DNA of 64,000 nucleotides from an uncultured Actinomycetes bacterium (lineage in GTDB: Bacteria > Actinomycetota > Acidimicrobiia > Spongiisociales > DATADW01), in contig CAVTEU010000012.1 in the NCBI GenBank assembly GCA_963733905.1, forward strand, positions 32,603 to 96,602. The letters are read 5' to 3'. Below are positions 21,488 to 32,025 of the stretch, piece after piece; positions within the stretch are counted from its first letter, which is position 1; every line of letters begins with the position of its first letter. The notes below the pieces were generated by a model. The model was not told the origin of the DNA. It saw only the letters and a list, made by a program, of their open reading frames with translations, and searched no databases. The position numbers were made by a program, and so were the translations under genes.

Positions 21488-22005
21488 TCGACGAGGCGGC
21501 CGTGGTGGCCGCCCAGGTGGGTCGCCCCCTCCGCTCAGAGGTCACGGTCCTGGGGCGGTGCCATCTCGGGTTGCCGGTTGTGGTCGAAGTCCCCCCGCTG
21601 CTCGACGACGGCACCCCGTTCCCTACCAGGTACTGGTTGAGCTGCCCGCTGGCGGTCCGCAGAATCGGCCGCCTCGAGGCGGCGGGCGGGGTCAAGGAGA
21701 TGGACCGACTGGCCGGCGAGGATCCCGTATTCGGCGAGCGTCTCGCCGCGGCGCATGCTCGTTACGCCGCCGAACGTGATGCTCTCGTGCCCGACGACGC
21801 CCTCCACCGCCCCAGCGGAGGTGTTGGCGGGTCGTCCTCGGTCAAGTGCCTCCACGCCCATTACGCCGACGAGGCGGCGGGAAACCAGAACCCGGTCGGC
21901 GAGATGACTGCCTCGGAGATCGAGCCGCTCGATTGCCCGATACCTTGCGTGGTCGAGGCGCCAGGAGGGGCGGTGCGCAATCCGGAGTGGGTCGAACCTC
22001 GTTGA
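21484..22005 (+). CDS. DUF501 domain protein
   Basis: GTG 21484 overlaps the ftsB stop (GTGA). VLGRCHLGLPVVVEVPPLLDDGTPFPTRYWLSCPL..GGVKCLHAHYA is the family hallmark. Position between ftsB and ppx is typical of actinobacteria. Confidence 0.8.
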
Positions 22006-22028
22006 CCGTCGGGTAGCGTCGCTGTCCA

Positions 22029-22930
22029 ATGCGGGTCGCAGCCGTGGACATAGGAACCAACTCGATGAGGCTCTTCGTCGCCGACGAGATCGACGAAGGG
22101 CTCGAGGAGGTGGAGCGGCACTCGGTTGTCACCCGGTTGGGACAAGGCGTCGACCGGGAGCGGCGGTTGGGCGAGGAGCCGATGCGCCGCACCATCGAGA
22201 CACTCGCCGGCTTCGGGGAACGGATTGCCGCCCTCGGAGCGGAGCGCGTCCGGGTCGTCGCCACCTCCGCCAGCCGCGACGCGGTCAACCGCGAGGAGTT
22301 CTTCGACCGGGCAGAAGCAGCGCTCGGCCAACGCCCCGAGTTGATCCCCGGGCGAGGAGGAGGCGACTCTCGCCTTCAAAGGTGCGACGCTCGGGTCCAG
22401 CGCAACTTCGGCACTCGTCGTGGACATCGGCGGAGGCAGTACCGAGCTCGTCTTCGGCTCGGATGGTCCAGAGATGGCACGAAGCATCGACATCGGTTCG
22501 GTCCGGGTAACCGAGCGCGCCGTCCCTGATCGTCCCGCCCCACCGCATCAGGTCGAAGCTGGAAGAAAGCTGGTGGCGGGGGCGCTGGCAGGAGCCGTTT
22601 TGCCGGGAACGCCTGAACTGACCATCGGCGTTGCCGGGACGATCACCTCGCTTGTCGGCCATGACGCTGCGGCTCGCCGCCTACGACCCCGAGGTCGTCC
22701 ACGGGAGCGACCTGACCATGGCCGATGTGACCCGGCTCATCGAAGAGCTGTCGCAACTCAGCATCGAGAAGACGGCTTCGACCTTTCCGGCGCTCGATCC
22801 GGGGAGGGCACCAGTGATCCTTGGTGGTGCCATTTGCGCCGAGGCCGTGCTGCGCCATTTCGGCCTCGCTGGATACCACGTCTCCGAGAGCGACATGCTC
22901 GATGCGATTGCGCTCTCTCTGCTCGACTGA
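22029..22930 (+). CDS. ppx: Exopolyphosphatase / pppGpp phosphohydrolase (Ppx/GppA family); two frameshifts (near 22350 and 22650)
   Basis: MRVAAVDIGTNSMRL (ORF 22029), EEEATLAFKGAT..VVDIGGGSTELV (ORF 22420 frame), and ..AYDPEVVHGS..GRAPVILGGAICAEAVL (ORF 22631..22930). Each successive fragment is in the +1 frame. Confidence 0.85.
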
Positions 22931-22951
22931 CCGGTTTACCCTCGTCCCATC

Positions 22952-23034
22952 GCCCGGGTGTCGGAATTGGTAGACGAGGGGCTCTTAAACAGCTCTGCTC
23001 TCCGAGCGTGTGGGTTCGAATCCCACCCCGGGCA
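22952..23034 (+). tRNA. tRNA-Leu (anticodon UAA), long variable arm
   Basis: GCCCGGG acceptor pairs with CCCGGGC. D arm has AATTGGTAGA. Anticodon stem GGGCT/AGCTC with loop CTTAAAC (TAA). Variable arm TGCTCTCCGAGCGT. T arm GTGGG-TTCGAAT-CCCAC. Discriminator A. CCA is not encoded. Confidence 0.9.
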
Positions 23035-23059
23035 CGCTCCAATAGCTCGGCGACGCCGG

Positions 23060-23671
23060 CTACTCCTTGGGCTTCTTCCCGATGAGTTCCTCGCGTGACT
23101 GTTCGGCGCGGGCTGCGCCGATGGCGGTGGTGACGGTCTTCTGCTCCTCGGGGGGCGGAAGCACCGCCGGCATGCCAAGCGACTCGATCCACAGTTCCCG
23201 GGTCCAGCCCTGGGTGTGATAGAGGTGGTGGTCCTCTTCTTCCTCAACCTGCTCGTAGGCCTCCTTGAGCACCGAGGCGATCTTCCCTGTCGCCTTCTCG
23301 GCGACGCGGCCGATGAGTTCCCAGTTGGCGTGGTCCTTGATCTCGGCGTCGACCACCGCCTCGGCGGCGACGAGCTGGGCTGCGTCCGGATTGCCGGCGG
23401 CGAGCGCCATCTCCATCGACTTGATGAGTGACTGGCCCTTGAAACGCACCACTTCCCGACCGGGTGTCTCCTTCTCCGGGTCGAGGTCCAACTCGTCGAA
23501 GACCGTGCTGACGATGCGGACGTGGTTCTCCGTCTCGTCGAGGTACTTCTGCCACTCCTCGTGCAGGCCGTCGTTCACGGCGCACCTGAGCGCCGTCTTG
23601 TAGACCTGCACGCCTCCCAGCTCGGTTTCCAACGCTTGGTAGAGCAACTCTTCGACTTGGGCGTCGTCCAC
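23060..23671 (-). CDS. Ferritin-like (four-helix-bundle) domain protein
   Basis: Intact 203-aa ORF. Helical and acidic, with paired E..H-type motifs (ETENHVR; EEEDHHLYH). Family assignment is from general resemblance only. Confidence 0.55.
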   Translation of the reverse strand: MDDAQVEELLYQALETELGGVQVYKTALRCAVNDGLHEEWQKYLDETENHVRIVSTVFDELDLDPEKETPGREVVRFKGQSLIKSMEMALAAGNPDAAQLVAAEAVVDAEIKDHANWELIGRVAEKATGKIASVLKEAYEQVEEEEDHHLYHTQGWTRELWIESLGMPAVLPPPEEQKTVTTAIGAARAEQSREELIGKKPKE

Positions 23672-23749
23672 GATCCCTCCGGGTTTTGCGGTGCCTTGTT
23701 CGGCGGGATCCGGTGCTACCCCGGTCGGGTGGCGTGCAAACCTGCGGGG

Positions 23750-24123
23750 TTACTTGGCCGCGGCGTCGGTCTCGGCGATGCGGGCCTTGACCAGCTTCTG
23801 CACCAGTTGGGACGGGAGTGGCGCTTCGGGGGTGAAGTGGACGGTGCCTTTGGCGGTGTCGTATCCCTCGAGGTCGTCCCGGTGCGCCTCCATCACCGCC
23901 GGACTCTGCACGTAGAAGGAGCAATGGGTCTTACTCGACCCGTAGGAGACGAGCGGCCGCCCGCGGTATTTGAACGCAGGCACCCCATAGCTGACCGATT
24001 CCACCGCATCGGGCGCGGCTTCGGCGATGACATCGCGCAACGCGAGGAGGGCGGTGCGTCTGTCGTCCGGCAGCGCAGCCAGGAAAGCCTCGACTTCTGA
24101 GGAGGGCTCGCCACGACCGGCAC
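23750..24123 (-). CDS. DUF1801 (YdhG-like) domain protein; one frameshift near nt 24095
   Basis: ORF 23750..24040 (..YGVPAFKYRGRPLVSYGSSKTHCSFY..GTVHFTPEAPLP). The same frame continues upstream as SEVEAFLAALPDDRRTALLALRDV without a start codon. GTG 24123 (VPVVASPP) lies in the adjacent frame. Confidence 0.65.
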
Positions 24124-24200
24124 CCTAGACGCCGACTCGACCGATGAGAACGGCCGCCGCGGTGACGTTCATTTCTGACGAGACACGACATGGAGATGTA

Positions 24201-24900
24201 ATGGCCACCTACGTCCTGATCCACGGCGCAGCCTCGGACTCCTGGTACTGGCACCGGGTCGTCCCTTTGCTCGAGGAGCGCGGCCACTCCGTGGTTGCCC
24301 CCGACCTTCCCTCCGACAGCGATTCGGCCGGGTTCCCCGAGTACGCCTGCGCCGTGGCACGCGCCGTGGCCGAATGGTCGGGAGTGACAGTGGTGGCGCA
24401 GTCGATGGGGGCGTTCACCGTGCCGCTGGTGTGCGACCTGGTCCCCGTCGACCTGATCGTCCTGGTGGCCCCCATGATCCCGCTCCCGGGCGAGCACCCC
24501 GGCGAGTGGTGGGTGACGAGCGGCCAGGAGGCGGCGCGGCGCGCCTTCGACGTTCAAGAAGGCCGCGACCCGGACGCGCCATTCGACGTTCGCACCACGT
24601 TCTTCCACGACGTGCCCGAATCCGGTGGTCGCCGAGGCATTCGCCCGCGGGGAGAGATACCAGTCGGGGACTCCTTTCGAGCAGCCGTGGCCGGTGGATA
24701 GATGGCCGGCCGTGCCGACCCGGGTGGTGGCGGGGCGAAAGGACCGGTTGTTCCCGCTGGATATGGTGCGCCGGCTCTCGCGGCGACCGGCTCGGGATCA
24801 CCCCTGACGTGATCGATAGCGGTCATCTCCCTGCGCTCAGCCGGCCTCGCGAACTGGTGGAACTGGTCGAGTCCTACCGGTTGGAGCTGCCTTCCGAAGG
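24201..24900 (+). CDS. Alpha/beta hydrolase (SABP2/methylesterase-like); at least two frameshifts; 3' end approximate
   Basis: MATYVLIHGAASDSWYWHRVVPLLEERGHSVVAPDLP..VVAQSMGAF (nucleophile elbow) in ORF 24144..24701. Then AEAFARGERYQSGTPFEQPW..VVAGRKDRLFPLD (ORF 24625..24807) and LGITPDVIDSGHLPALSRPRELVELV (tail of ORF 24374..25006). Confidence 0.7.
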
Positions 24901-25421
24901 ACCAGGCTCCAGGATCCTTGCGGTAGCGCACCTCGGTCGCATCGCGCCCGAAGATGACCATTGGTTTCGGAGGTGCCGTCGTGCGGTCCATCCGACCGCT
25001 TCGTAGAAGCGACGCGCTCTCTCGTTCTGATCGAGCACCCAGAGAATCGCTGTGGAGAAGCGCTCGCTGAGCGTCTTCTCCGAGGCGAGCATCAGAGCCC
25101 GCCCGATTCCCCGCCGCCAAACCTCAGGGTCGAGGTAGATGGCGAGGATCTTGCCCCTGGATCGGTCGTCTCGATCGGCGCCGAGTAGGGCGAATCCGAC
25201 GACGATTCCATCGATTTCGGCGACGAGCGTGGCGCTGTCGTCGTCGGATAGATGCCGTTCCCATAACGGGCAACCGCTCCTCCACCGTCAGGCGATCGAG
25301 CCACTCATCCGGGAAGAAACCGCGGTAGGCCGACCGCCATGACCTGACTTGGACTCCTGCGATCTGAGATGCATCAGTCGGGTTGGCCCGCTCTGATGAC
25401 TAGTCCGCTGGGTGTCGTCAC
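24874..25421 (-). CDS. GNAT-family N-acetyltransferase; three or more frameshifts
   Basis: Pieces in three frames: IAGVQVRSWRSAYRGFFPDEWLDRL; LVAEIDGIVVGFALLGADRDDRSRGKILAIYLDPEVWRRGIGRALMLASEKT..AILWVLDQNERARRFYEAVGW (includes ORF 24874..25092); then DGTTAP..EVRYRK. Start and stop are approximate. Confidence 0.65.
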
Positions 25422-25440
25422 GACCTCGCAGGCTATTTGC

Positions 25441-25635
25441 TCAGACGGAGCGCCGGAGCCGCTCCTTGAGCACCTCGTCGGTGCGACGACGGCGCGTCCG
25501 TGCGCCGACGAAGGCGATGGCCACGGCAGCCCCCGCCCCGATCACCCATCCGATGGGGCCGCCAATCACCAGCGCAAGCAGGACACCGATGAGGACGCCG
25601 CAACCGGCGATCGCCCACGTCAAGAGAGAATCCAT
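25441..25635 (-). CDS. Small membrane protein (64 aa, two TM helices)
   Basis: Intact ORF MDSLLTWAIAGCGVLIGVLLALVIGGPIGWVIGAGAAVAIAFVGARTRRRR.. It lies 19 nt upstream of the GNAT gene on the same strand. Confidence 0.5.
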   Translation of the reverse strand: MDSLLTWAIAGCGVLIGVLLALVIGGPIGWVIGAGAAVAIAFVGARTRRRRTDEVLKERLRRSV

Positions 25636-25775
25636 CAGCTCCTCATATCCCTGACCCCCGGGAACACCCTGACTGTTGGCCGTATATCGGCTCCGGAGGC
25701 GGGTAGCTGAATACGTGTCGACGGGGTATTTGAGGGCCGGTTCGGGTACCTTGGCCGAGTAGACCGAGGAGAAAG

Positions 25776-26412
25776 ATGCAGTTCAAGGCCGGAATGGATG
25801 TGTTCCTCTGGGACGGGACGCAGGTGGGCCGTATCGACCGGATCGTGATCGATCCGGTGACCGCGCAGGTCACAGACCTGGTCGTTCACAAGGGGTTCTT
25901 CTTCAAGGAGGACCGCGTGGTTCCCGTCGACGCCGTGGTCAGCACCGACGAGGGCGCCGTGGTCCTCGAGCAGCGGTGGACGGTTGACAGCCTCTCCCAT
26001 TTCGAGGAGACCACCTACGTGACGGTCGATGAGGAGACCCGCGCTCGCGGCCAGCTCCCCGGTGACTCGGTGATCTGGGTGACGCCAATGGGCGGAGGAC
26101 CCGACGCCGTCACCATCCCCGCTGAGGGCGGAGCACCTACACCACGAGAGGCAGAACATCCCCGAGGGCACGGTGGCGGTCGAGGTGGGATCACCCGTGC
26201 TCGGTGTCGATGGCGCCCATCTGGGGAGGGTCGAGGAGGTCGTCGTCGATGCCAATACCGATCGGATGACCCATATCGTCGTCGAGCGGGGGTTGGTCAG
26301 CAGGGAGCGCCGGCTGATCCCCACCGAGTGGGTGGAGGTTCTCACCGAGCGCGAGGTCCGCCTCGCCGTCGCCGCCGAGGCAGTGGACCAGCTGCCGCTC
26401 TACGAGCCATGA
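25776..26412 (+). CDS. Tandem PRC-barrel-like domain protein; one frameshift near nt 26130
   Basis: GAGGAG Shine-Dalgarno-like motif before ATG 25776. Two similar modules: GMDVFLWDGTQVGRIDRIVIDPVTAQVTDLVVHKG and GSPVLGVDGAHLGRVEEVVVDANTDRMTHIVVERG (ORF 26173..26412). Confidence 0.55.
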
Positions 26413-26998
26413 ACGAGATCGAGTACGACGCGTCCACCGCTCTGCTCGTCGTCGACATGCAGAACGATTTCGCCCATCCCGATGGCAGCCTCTATGTCGG
26501 CGGGGGCGAAGACGTGGTCCATGCCGTCAACCGCGAGATCGAGAAGGCCGAGGCCGCCGATGCCCTGGTGGTCTACACCCAGGACTGGCACCCGCCGGTG
26601 ACCCCCCACTTCGAGAAGGACGGAGGCATCTGGCCGGTTCACTGCGTCGGCGATACCTGGGGAGCCGAGTTCGTCGATGGACTGAGAGTGACCGGGGCGT
26701 CGGTCAAGAAGGGGACCGGCGGCGAGGACGGCTATTCGGGTTCACCGTCCGGCACCCGGAGAGCGGTCACGAGACCGACACCGAGATGGCAGACCTTCTC
26801 GAGGCGAGAGGAATCACCCGGGTGGTGGTGGTCGGCTTGGCGCTCGACTACTGCGTCAAGGACACCGCCATCGACTCCGCCGAGCTCGGTCTTCCCACGA
26901 CCGTGCTGCTGGAGGCGACCAGGCCGGTCGACCTCCAACCGGGCGATGGCGATCGGGCCACCGAGGCGCTGCGCGCCGCCGGAGTGACGGTGGCCTAG
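26409..26998 (+). CDS. pncA: Nicotinamidase/pyrazinamidase (isochorismatase family); one frameshift near nt 26741
   Basis: ATG 26409 overlaps the upstream stop (ATGA). ALLVVDMQNDFAHPDGSLYV..VVYTQDWHP..HCV, then GITRVVVVGLALDYCVKDTAID (ORF 26786..26998). The junction fits a missing T in gggTTcacc. Confidence 0.85.
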
Positions 26999-27072
26999 AC
27001 AGGCCTCGCGGTTCTGGCGTGACTGAGGTACCTATCCGGTGGTTCAGCCACGCAAGAACTGATACCTCGCCG

Positions 27073-27086
27073 CCGACGGCCGTCGG
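27073..27086. promoter_or_regulatory. Perfect 14-bp palindrome CCGACGGCCGTCGG upstream of pncB
   Basis: Read directly from the sequence, 35 nt upstream of ATG 27121. It is built from the same GACGG/CCGTC pentamer as the intergenic heptamer arrays. Function is unknown. Confidence 0.3.
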
Positions 27087-27120
27087 TCGGCGCCTCCGGG
27101 GGTACGCTTCGCGCCGCTTC

Positions 27121-28702
27121 ATGACTCCCCGGCATCTTCTCGGCGGGATCCTCTTCACCGACCTCTACCAGTTGACGATGGCCCAGGTCTATCTCCGGAT
27201 GGGCCTCCAGGACCAGCGGGCCCAGTTCGATCAGTTCTTCAGGAAGTACCCCGACTACGGAAACCACCAGGCCGGCTACTGCATCGCCGCCGGGTCTCGA
27301 GTGGCTGGTGGAGTGGATGCAGACCACGAGGGTGACCAACGAGGATCTCGATGCGCTGCGCTCGATCAAAGGGGTCACCGGGACGCCGGTCTGTTCGGCG
27401 AGGACTTCCTCTCCTGGCTTGAGTCGCCAGGGCGGATTCGAGTCGCTGACGCTGCGGGCGGTACCCGAGGGGAGGGTCATCCACATCGACGTGCCGCAGG
27501 CGGTGGTGGAGGGGCCGCTGGCGATGGCGCAGATCGTGGAGACGTCGCTGCTCAACCATCTCAACTACCCGACGCTGGTGGCGACCAAGGCATCGCGCGT
27601 CGTGGACGCCGGGCGGGGCCGCCCGGTGATCGAGTTCGGGTTGCGACGGGGCCCCGAGCGCGCCGCCAACGCCGGCGCCAGGGCTGCTCTGGTCGGCGGG
27701 GCCGTCTCCACCTCGAATGTCGGCGTGGCCGTTTCCCTCGGCTTCGCCCCGAAGGGCACCCACGCCCACTCCCTCGTCCAGGTGTACCTCGCCATGGGGA
27801 GGGGTGAACTCGAGGCGTTCCGGGCCTTCGCCGAGGTATATCCGGATGACACCGTCCTCCTCGTCGACACCGTCGACACCCTCGAGTCGGGTGTCCCCAA
27901 CGCCATCACCGTGTTCGAAGAGCTGAGGGCTCGGGGGCACGAGCCGCTCGGGATCAGGCTCGACTCGGGCGACCTCGCCTACCTTGCGATCCGCTCCGCC
28001 GAGATGCTCGACAAAGCCGGGTTCCCCGACGCGTCGATAGTCCTCTCCAGCGGCCTCGACGAGCTCTCCATCTGGCAGATCCTCCGTCAGATCGAAGACG
28101 AGGCACCCCGCTACGGGATGGACGCCGACGGTGTGATCGGCCGGCTCACCTACGGCGTCGGCTCCAACCTGATCACGTCGCAGGGTGACGCCGTACAGGA
28201 CGGCGTGTACAAGTTGGTGGCGCTGCACCACGACGGGGGCTGGGTGCCGGCCATCAAGATCTCGGAGACCGCAGAGAAGGTGCCCAACCCGGGCCGCAAG
28301 TCGGTGTGGCGCGTCTACGACGAACGGGGCAGGGCAACGGCCGACCTGATGGCCACCGATGACGAGCAGGTGGCTGCGGGCGCACGGCTCGAGTTGCACC
28401 ACCCCACCCGGCACGAGCTGCGGCGGGTGCTCGAACCCGGAAGGGTGTCCGAGGTGGAGCCCCTGCTGACCGATGTCCTGGTGGAGGGCGACCTGGTCGG
28501 GGACCTGCCGCCGATCGAGGTCCTGCAAGAACGCCGCCTACGCGACCTGGAGCGGCTCGACCCTGGGGTGCGCCGGCTGGTCAACCCGCACATCTACCAC
28601 GTGTCGCTCACACCGAAGCTCTGGGCCTTGAAGCAGCGCCTCATCGAAGAGGCGCTCGGCCCCGACGTGGACCCGGAGTCCGGCGGAACCGCCGATGGCT
28701 GA
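27121..28702 (+). CDS. pncB: Nicotinate phosphoribosyltransferase; three frame changes between nt 27290 and 27430
   Basis: LFTDLYQLTMAQVYL..YPDYGNHQAGYCIAAG (ORF 27019 frame), EWMQTTRVTNEDLDALRSIKGVTG (ORF 27308 frame), LFGEDFLSWLES (back in the first frame), then GGFESLTLRAVPEGRV..GLRRGPE..GIRLDSGDL.. to 28702. Confidence 0.85.
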
Positions 28703-29185
28703 GCTCGACATCCTGTGGGCAGGCTGGCGATCGCAGTACGTGCAGGGTCTCGGGCAGGAGGAGGCAGAGGAGTGCATCTTCTGCCGGCTCCCCGGGCAAG
28801 ACGACGAGGAGGGGCTCATCATCCGGCGGGGCGAGCATGCCTTCGCCGTGCTCAACCGCTACCCGTACGCCAGCGGGCATCTCATGGTCGGCCCCTACCG
28901 GCACGTCGCCGGGCCGGGCGATCTCGATGATGACGAGCGCTCCGAGATGTGGTCGCTGCTCGCACTCGGTGAAGAGGTTCTCGCGGCGCGCCTTCAATCC
29001 CGACGGCTTCAACATCGGCGCCAATCTGGGGCGTGTGGCCGGGCGCGGGGGTGCCCGGCCACCTCCATCTCCACCTCGTTCCCCGATGGGCAGGTGACAC
29101 CAATTTCATGAGCGTCGTGGGCGGCACCCGGGTGATCCCGGAGGACCTCGCCGACACCTGGACCCGGCTCCGCGCTCAGCTGTGA
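28695..29185 (+). CDS. HIT-superfamily protein, GalT-branch/Ap4A-phosphorylase-like; two frameshifts
   Basis: [34 protein letters not shown] (ORF 28695), [17 protein letters not shown] (ORF 28837 frame), then [31 protein letters not shown] ending TGA 29183-29185. Overlaps the pncB end by 8 nt. Confidence 0.75.
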
Positions 29186-29232
29186 GCGACCTCCGGTAGA
29201 ATTCCGGCTTTCCCCACGAGAGGTCGAGTCGC

Positions 29233-30037
29233 ATGCCGAACCCTGTCCTGCAGCGTCAATTCGCGCCGACTCCCACCACCAATAACGGTAGCGGGTTCGG
29301 CGGCAGCCACGGCCGACACCGCAATGACCACCTCGGCGCCCCCTGCGCCCACCGTCCCGGTGACCGAAGGTGGCATGTCGATTGGCGGTACCACCCGGGC
29401 CACGTTCGTCCTTCTGGTGATTCTCATGGGTGCCGGAGTCTTCGGGTGGCGCTCGGTGGACGAGTTCGAGGGGATGCAGAACCCGGGTTTGCTGTTCGGC
29501 GCGCTGATCGGCGCCGTGGTCCTCGCCATCGCCGCTTCGTTCGTCCCCAAGCTGGCGGCGGTGCTCGGTCCGCTCTACGCGGCGGTGGAGGGCTTCCTGC
29601 TCGGCGCCATCTCCCACGTCTACGAGATCCAGTTCGAGGGGATCGTCCTCCAGGCAGTGCTGGCGACCGGTGCGGTGTTCGTGGTGATGCTCACCCTCTT
29701 CGTCACCCGCACCATCAAGGTGACCCAGCGGATGCGGTCCTGGGTGATCGGCGCCACGATCGGAGTCGCTCTGTTCTACCTGGTGTCGATCGTGCTCTCG
29801 TTCTTCAACGTCGGCATCCCCTTCGTCTGGGACACCGGTCCTATCGGGATCATCTTCAGCCTGGTGGTGATCGGCGTGGCCGCCTTCAACCTGCTGCTCG
29901 ACTTCGACCTGATCGAGCGGGGTACCGCAGCGGGGATGCCCCGCTTCATGAACTGGTATGCCGCGTTCGGCTTGATGGTGACGATCGTCTGGTTGTACCT
30001 GGAGATGCTGCGGCTGCTGGCCAGGGTTCGGCAGTAG
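29233..30037 (+). CDS. Bax-inhibitor-1/YccA-family membrane protein; one frameshift near nt 29310
   Basis: MPNPVLQRQF N-terminus at ATG 29233. The seven-TM body is in ORF 29324..30037 (..FLLGAISHVYE..AAFNLLLDFDLIERG..MNWYAAFGLMVTIVWLYLEMLRLL). Confidence 0.8.
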
Positions 30038-30043
30038 AGGTAC

Positions 30044-30796
30044 TCAGCTGAAGGGGGAGCGGGGCCGCTCCTGGGGGACACCGTCGATCTCCATGTCCAC
30101 CTTCTCGTTGTAGAAGCACACCATCCCGGCCACACCCATGCTCTCGGGCAAGGGATAGGGGTAGCTCCAAACCACGTTTGGATGCTCCACCCCGTTGACG
30201 GTGAGGGTCCAGTAGCTGGCGGTCCCCTTGTAGGGGCACCGGGTGTGACGATCGGTGGGGGTGAGCAGGTCGAACCGCACGTCGGTCTTGGGGAGGTAGT
30301 AGCGCACCGGTAGACCGGTCTCGAAGAGCAGCGTCGGGTGGCTGCTGTCGGCGACCTTCACGCCGTCGACCTCGATCACGACGTGACGTGAGCTGGGGAG
30401 AGTGTCGATCCGGGTATAGGGGTCTCTGGCGTGTGTGTGGACTTCGACGTCCTCCTCGAACCACGAGTCCATGGCGTCCCAGCGAAAGGCGTACAGGTCG
30501 CGAAGCGCCTCCACCGGCGATTCGGGATGGTGATAGGCGGCGTCCACCACCTCGCCGTCGCCGTTCTTGACGGTGAAGTACCTGATGTCACCCCTGCTCG
30601 GCATCCGTTCGGTGGTCGAGCTTTGGACCAGGAGGTCGGTGCGAACGTCCTCTTGGGGGAAGTAGTAGGTCGGGTAGAACGGCTTCTCCCAAACCAACCA
30701 CGGCTCGGTGGAGTCGGCGATGGCGACTCCGCCCAGGTAGGCCCGGACCCTCTTGGCCGACCGCTCCATGCGGACCCGTTGCCGCTCGTCTGCCAT
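30044..30796 (-). CDS. Tandem DUF427 domain protein
   Basis: Internal ATG 30796 of ORF 30044..30880 (MADERQRVRMERSAKRVRAYLGG). Two DUF427-like halves, the second with RCPYKGTASYWT. Confidence 0.75.
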   Translation of the reverse strand: MADERQRVRMERSAKRVRAYLGGVAIADSTEPWLVWEKPFYPTYYFPQEDVRTDLLVQSSTTERMPSRGDIRYFTVKNGDGEVVDAAYHHPESPVEALRDLYAFRWDAMDSWFEEDVEVHTHARDPYTRIDTLPSSRHVVIEVDGVKVADSSHPTLLFETGLPVRYYLPKTDVRFDLLTPTDRHTRCPYKGTASYWTLTVNGVEHPNVVWSYPYPLPESMGVAGMVCFYNEKVDMEIDGVPQERPRSPFS

Positions 30797-30854
30797 AGCT
30801 CCTCCCGGGATGCCGCTGCAACCGGCACAACCGCCACGACCGCCGGGTGATTCC

Positions 30855-32025
30855 TCAGACCCAGCCGGCCATCCCCGCAAGGTAGCCGACGATCCCGCCG
30901 ATCGGGATGAGGACCAAACCGCTGATCCGGGTTCGGAGGACCACGATCAGTGCCAAGATCCCGAGGACGGCGGGAACCCAGCCGGTGATCACCCTCTGCC
31001 CCAATTGGAAAGTCACCGCCGCCATCACACCGATCACGGCGGCCACCAAGCCGCGTAAGTACGGGCCTGGCCCAGGCGGCCCGCTCCAGCGCCGGCATGA
31101 AGCGGCCCACCAGCATGGCGATGAGGAAAGCGGGAAGAAACATGGCGACTGTGGCTACGGCGGCGCCGGGCACGCCGAGGACCAGGTAACCGATCGCGGT
31201 AGAAGTGGTGAAGAGCGGTCCTGGAGTGATCTCCCCGATGGCCACTGATGCGATCAACTGGTCGGCGTCGAGCCATCCCAATTGATCGACCAGGACCGAG
31301 TCGAGATAGGCGATCAGCAGGTATCCACTACCGAAGATGGTGGCCCCGAAGCGGAGGAACAGCAGACCAAGTCTTCCAAGCGTCGGTGGATCATCTGCCG
31401 ATGCGCCCTGCAACCACAACGGCAGGACGAGGAGAGTTGGTGCGGCCGGCCGGTAGAAGACAGCGAGACCGATGATCGCCCCACCGGCCAGCACGACGAG
31501 CTCGTTGCCACCGAGCAGCGCTGCCACCAACGCGGTCACCGCCACCGCCCAGGCCACCGGGTGGTCGAGCGCCTGCTGCGCCAGCTTCACCAGCGCAGCA
31601 GCAACCAGAGCAACAACGACCGCGTAGACACCGGCGAGGAAGTTCTGGACGGCGGGCAGAGCTCCGTATCGACGTAAGCCCAGCTGATCGCCAGGGTTAT
31701 CAGAGCGGCCGGGACGATGAACCCTGCCCCCGCCGCCCAAACCCCCCGTACCCCCCGCTGCACGTAGCCGACGTGCATCGTCATCTCGGTCGAGTTCGGG
31801 CCGGGGAGGAGATTGGTCACCCCGATGAGATCGAGAAAGTGCTCGCGCGTCACCCACCGGCGCCGCTCGACCACCTCCCGCTCCATCACGCTGATGTGCG
31901 CCACCGGCCCCCCGAATGCCACCACCCCCAGCCACAAGAAGAAGCGAAGCAGCTGACCGAGGCTGGCGGACTCCTCGGCGTATTGCGGTTGGTGTGGGGT
32001 GCTCCGGCGGCGGCGAGCCGCTCAC
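30855..32025 (-). CDS. chrA: Chromate transporter ChrA; about three frameshifts
   Basis: Fragments: GTG 32025 (overlaps the upstream stop, GTGA), then SLGQLLRFFLWLGVVAFGGPVAHISVMEREVVERRRWVT..LLPGPNSTEM (ORF 31587..31937), FGSGYLLIAYL..ITPGPLFTTSTAIGY (part of ORF 30376..32568), and the C-terminus in ORF 30855..31049. Confidence 0.8.
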
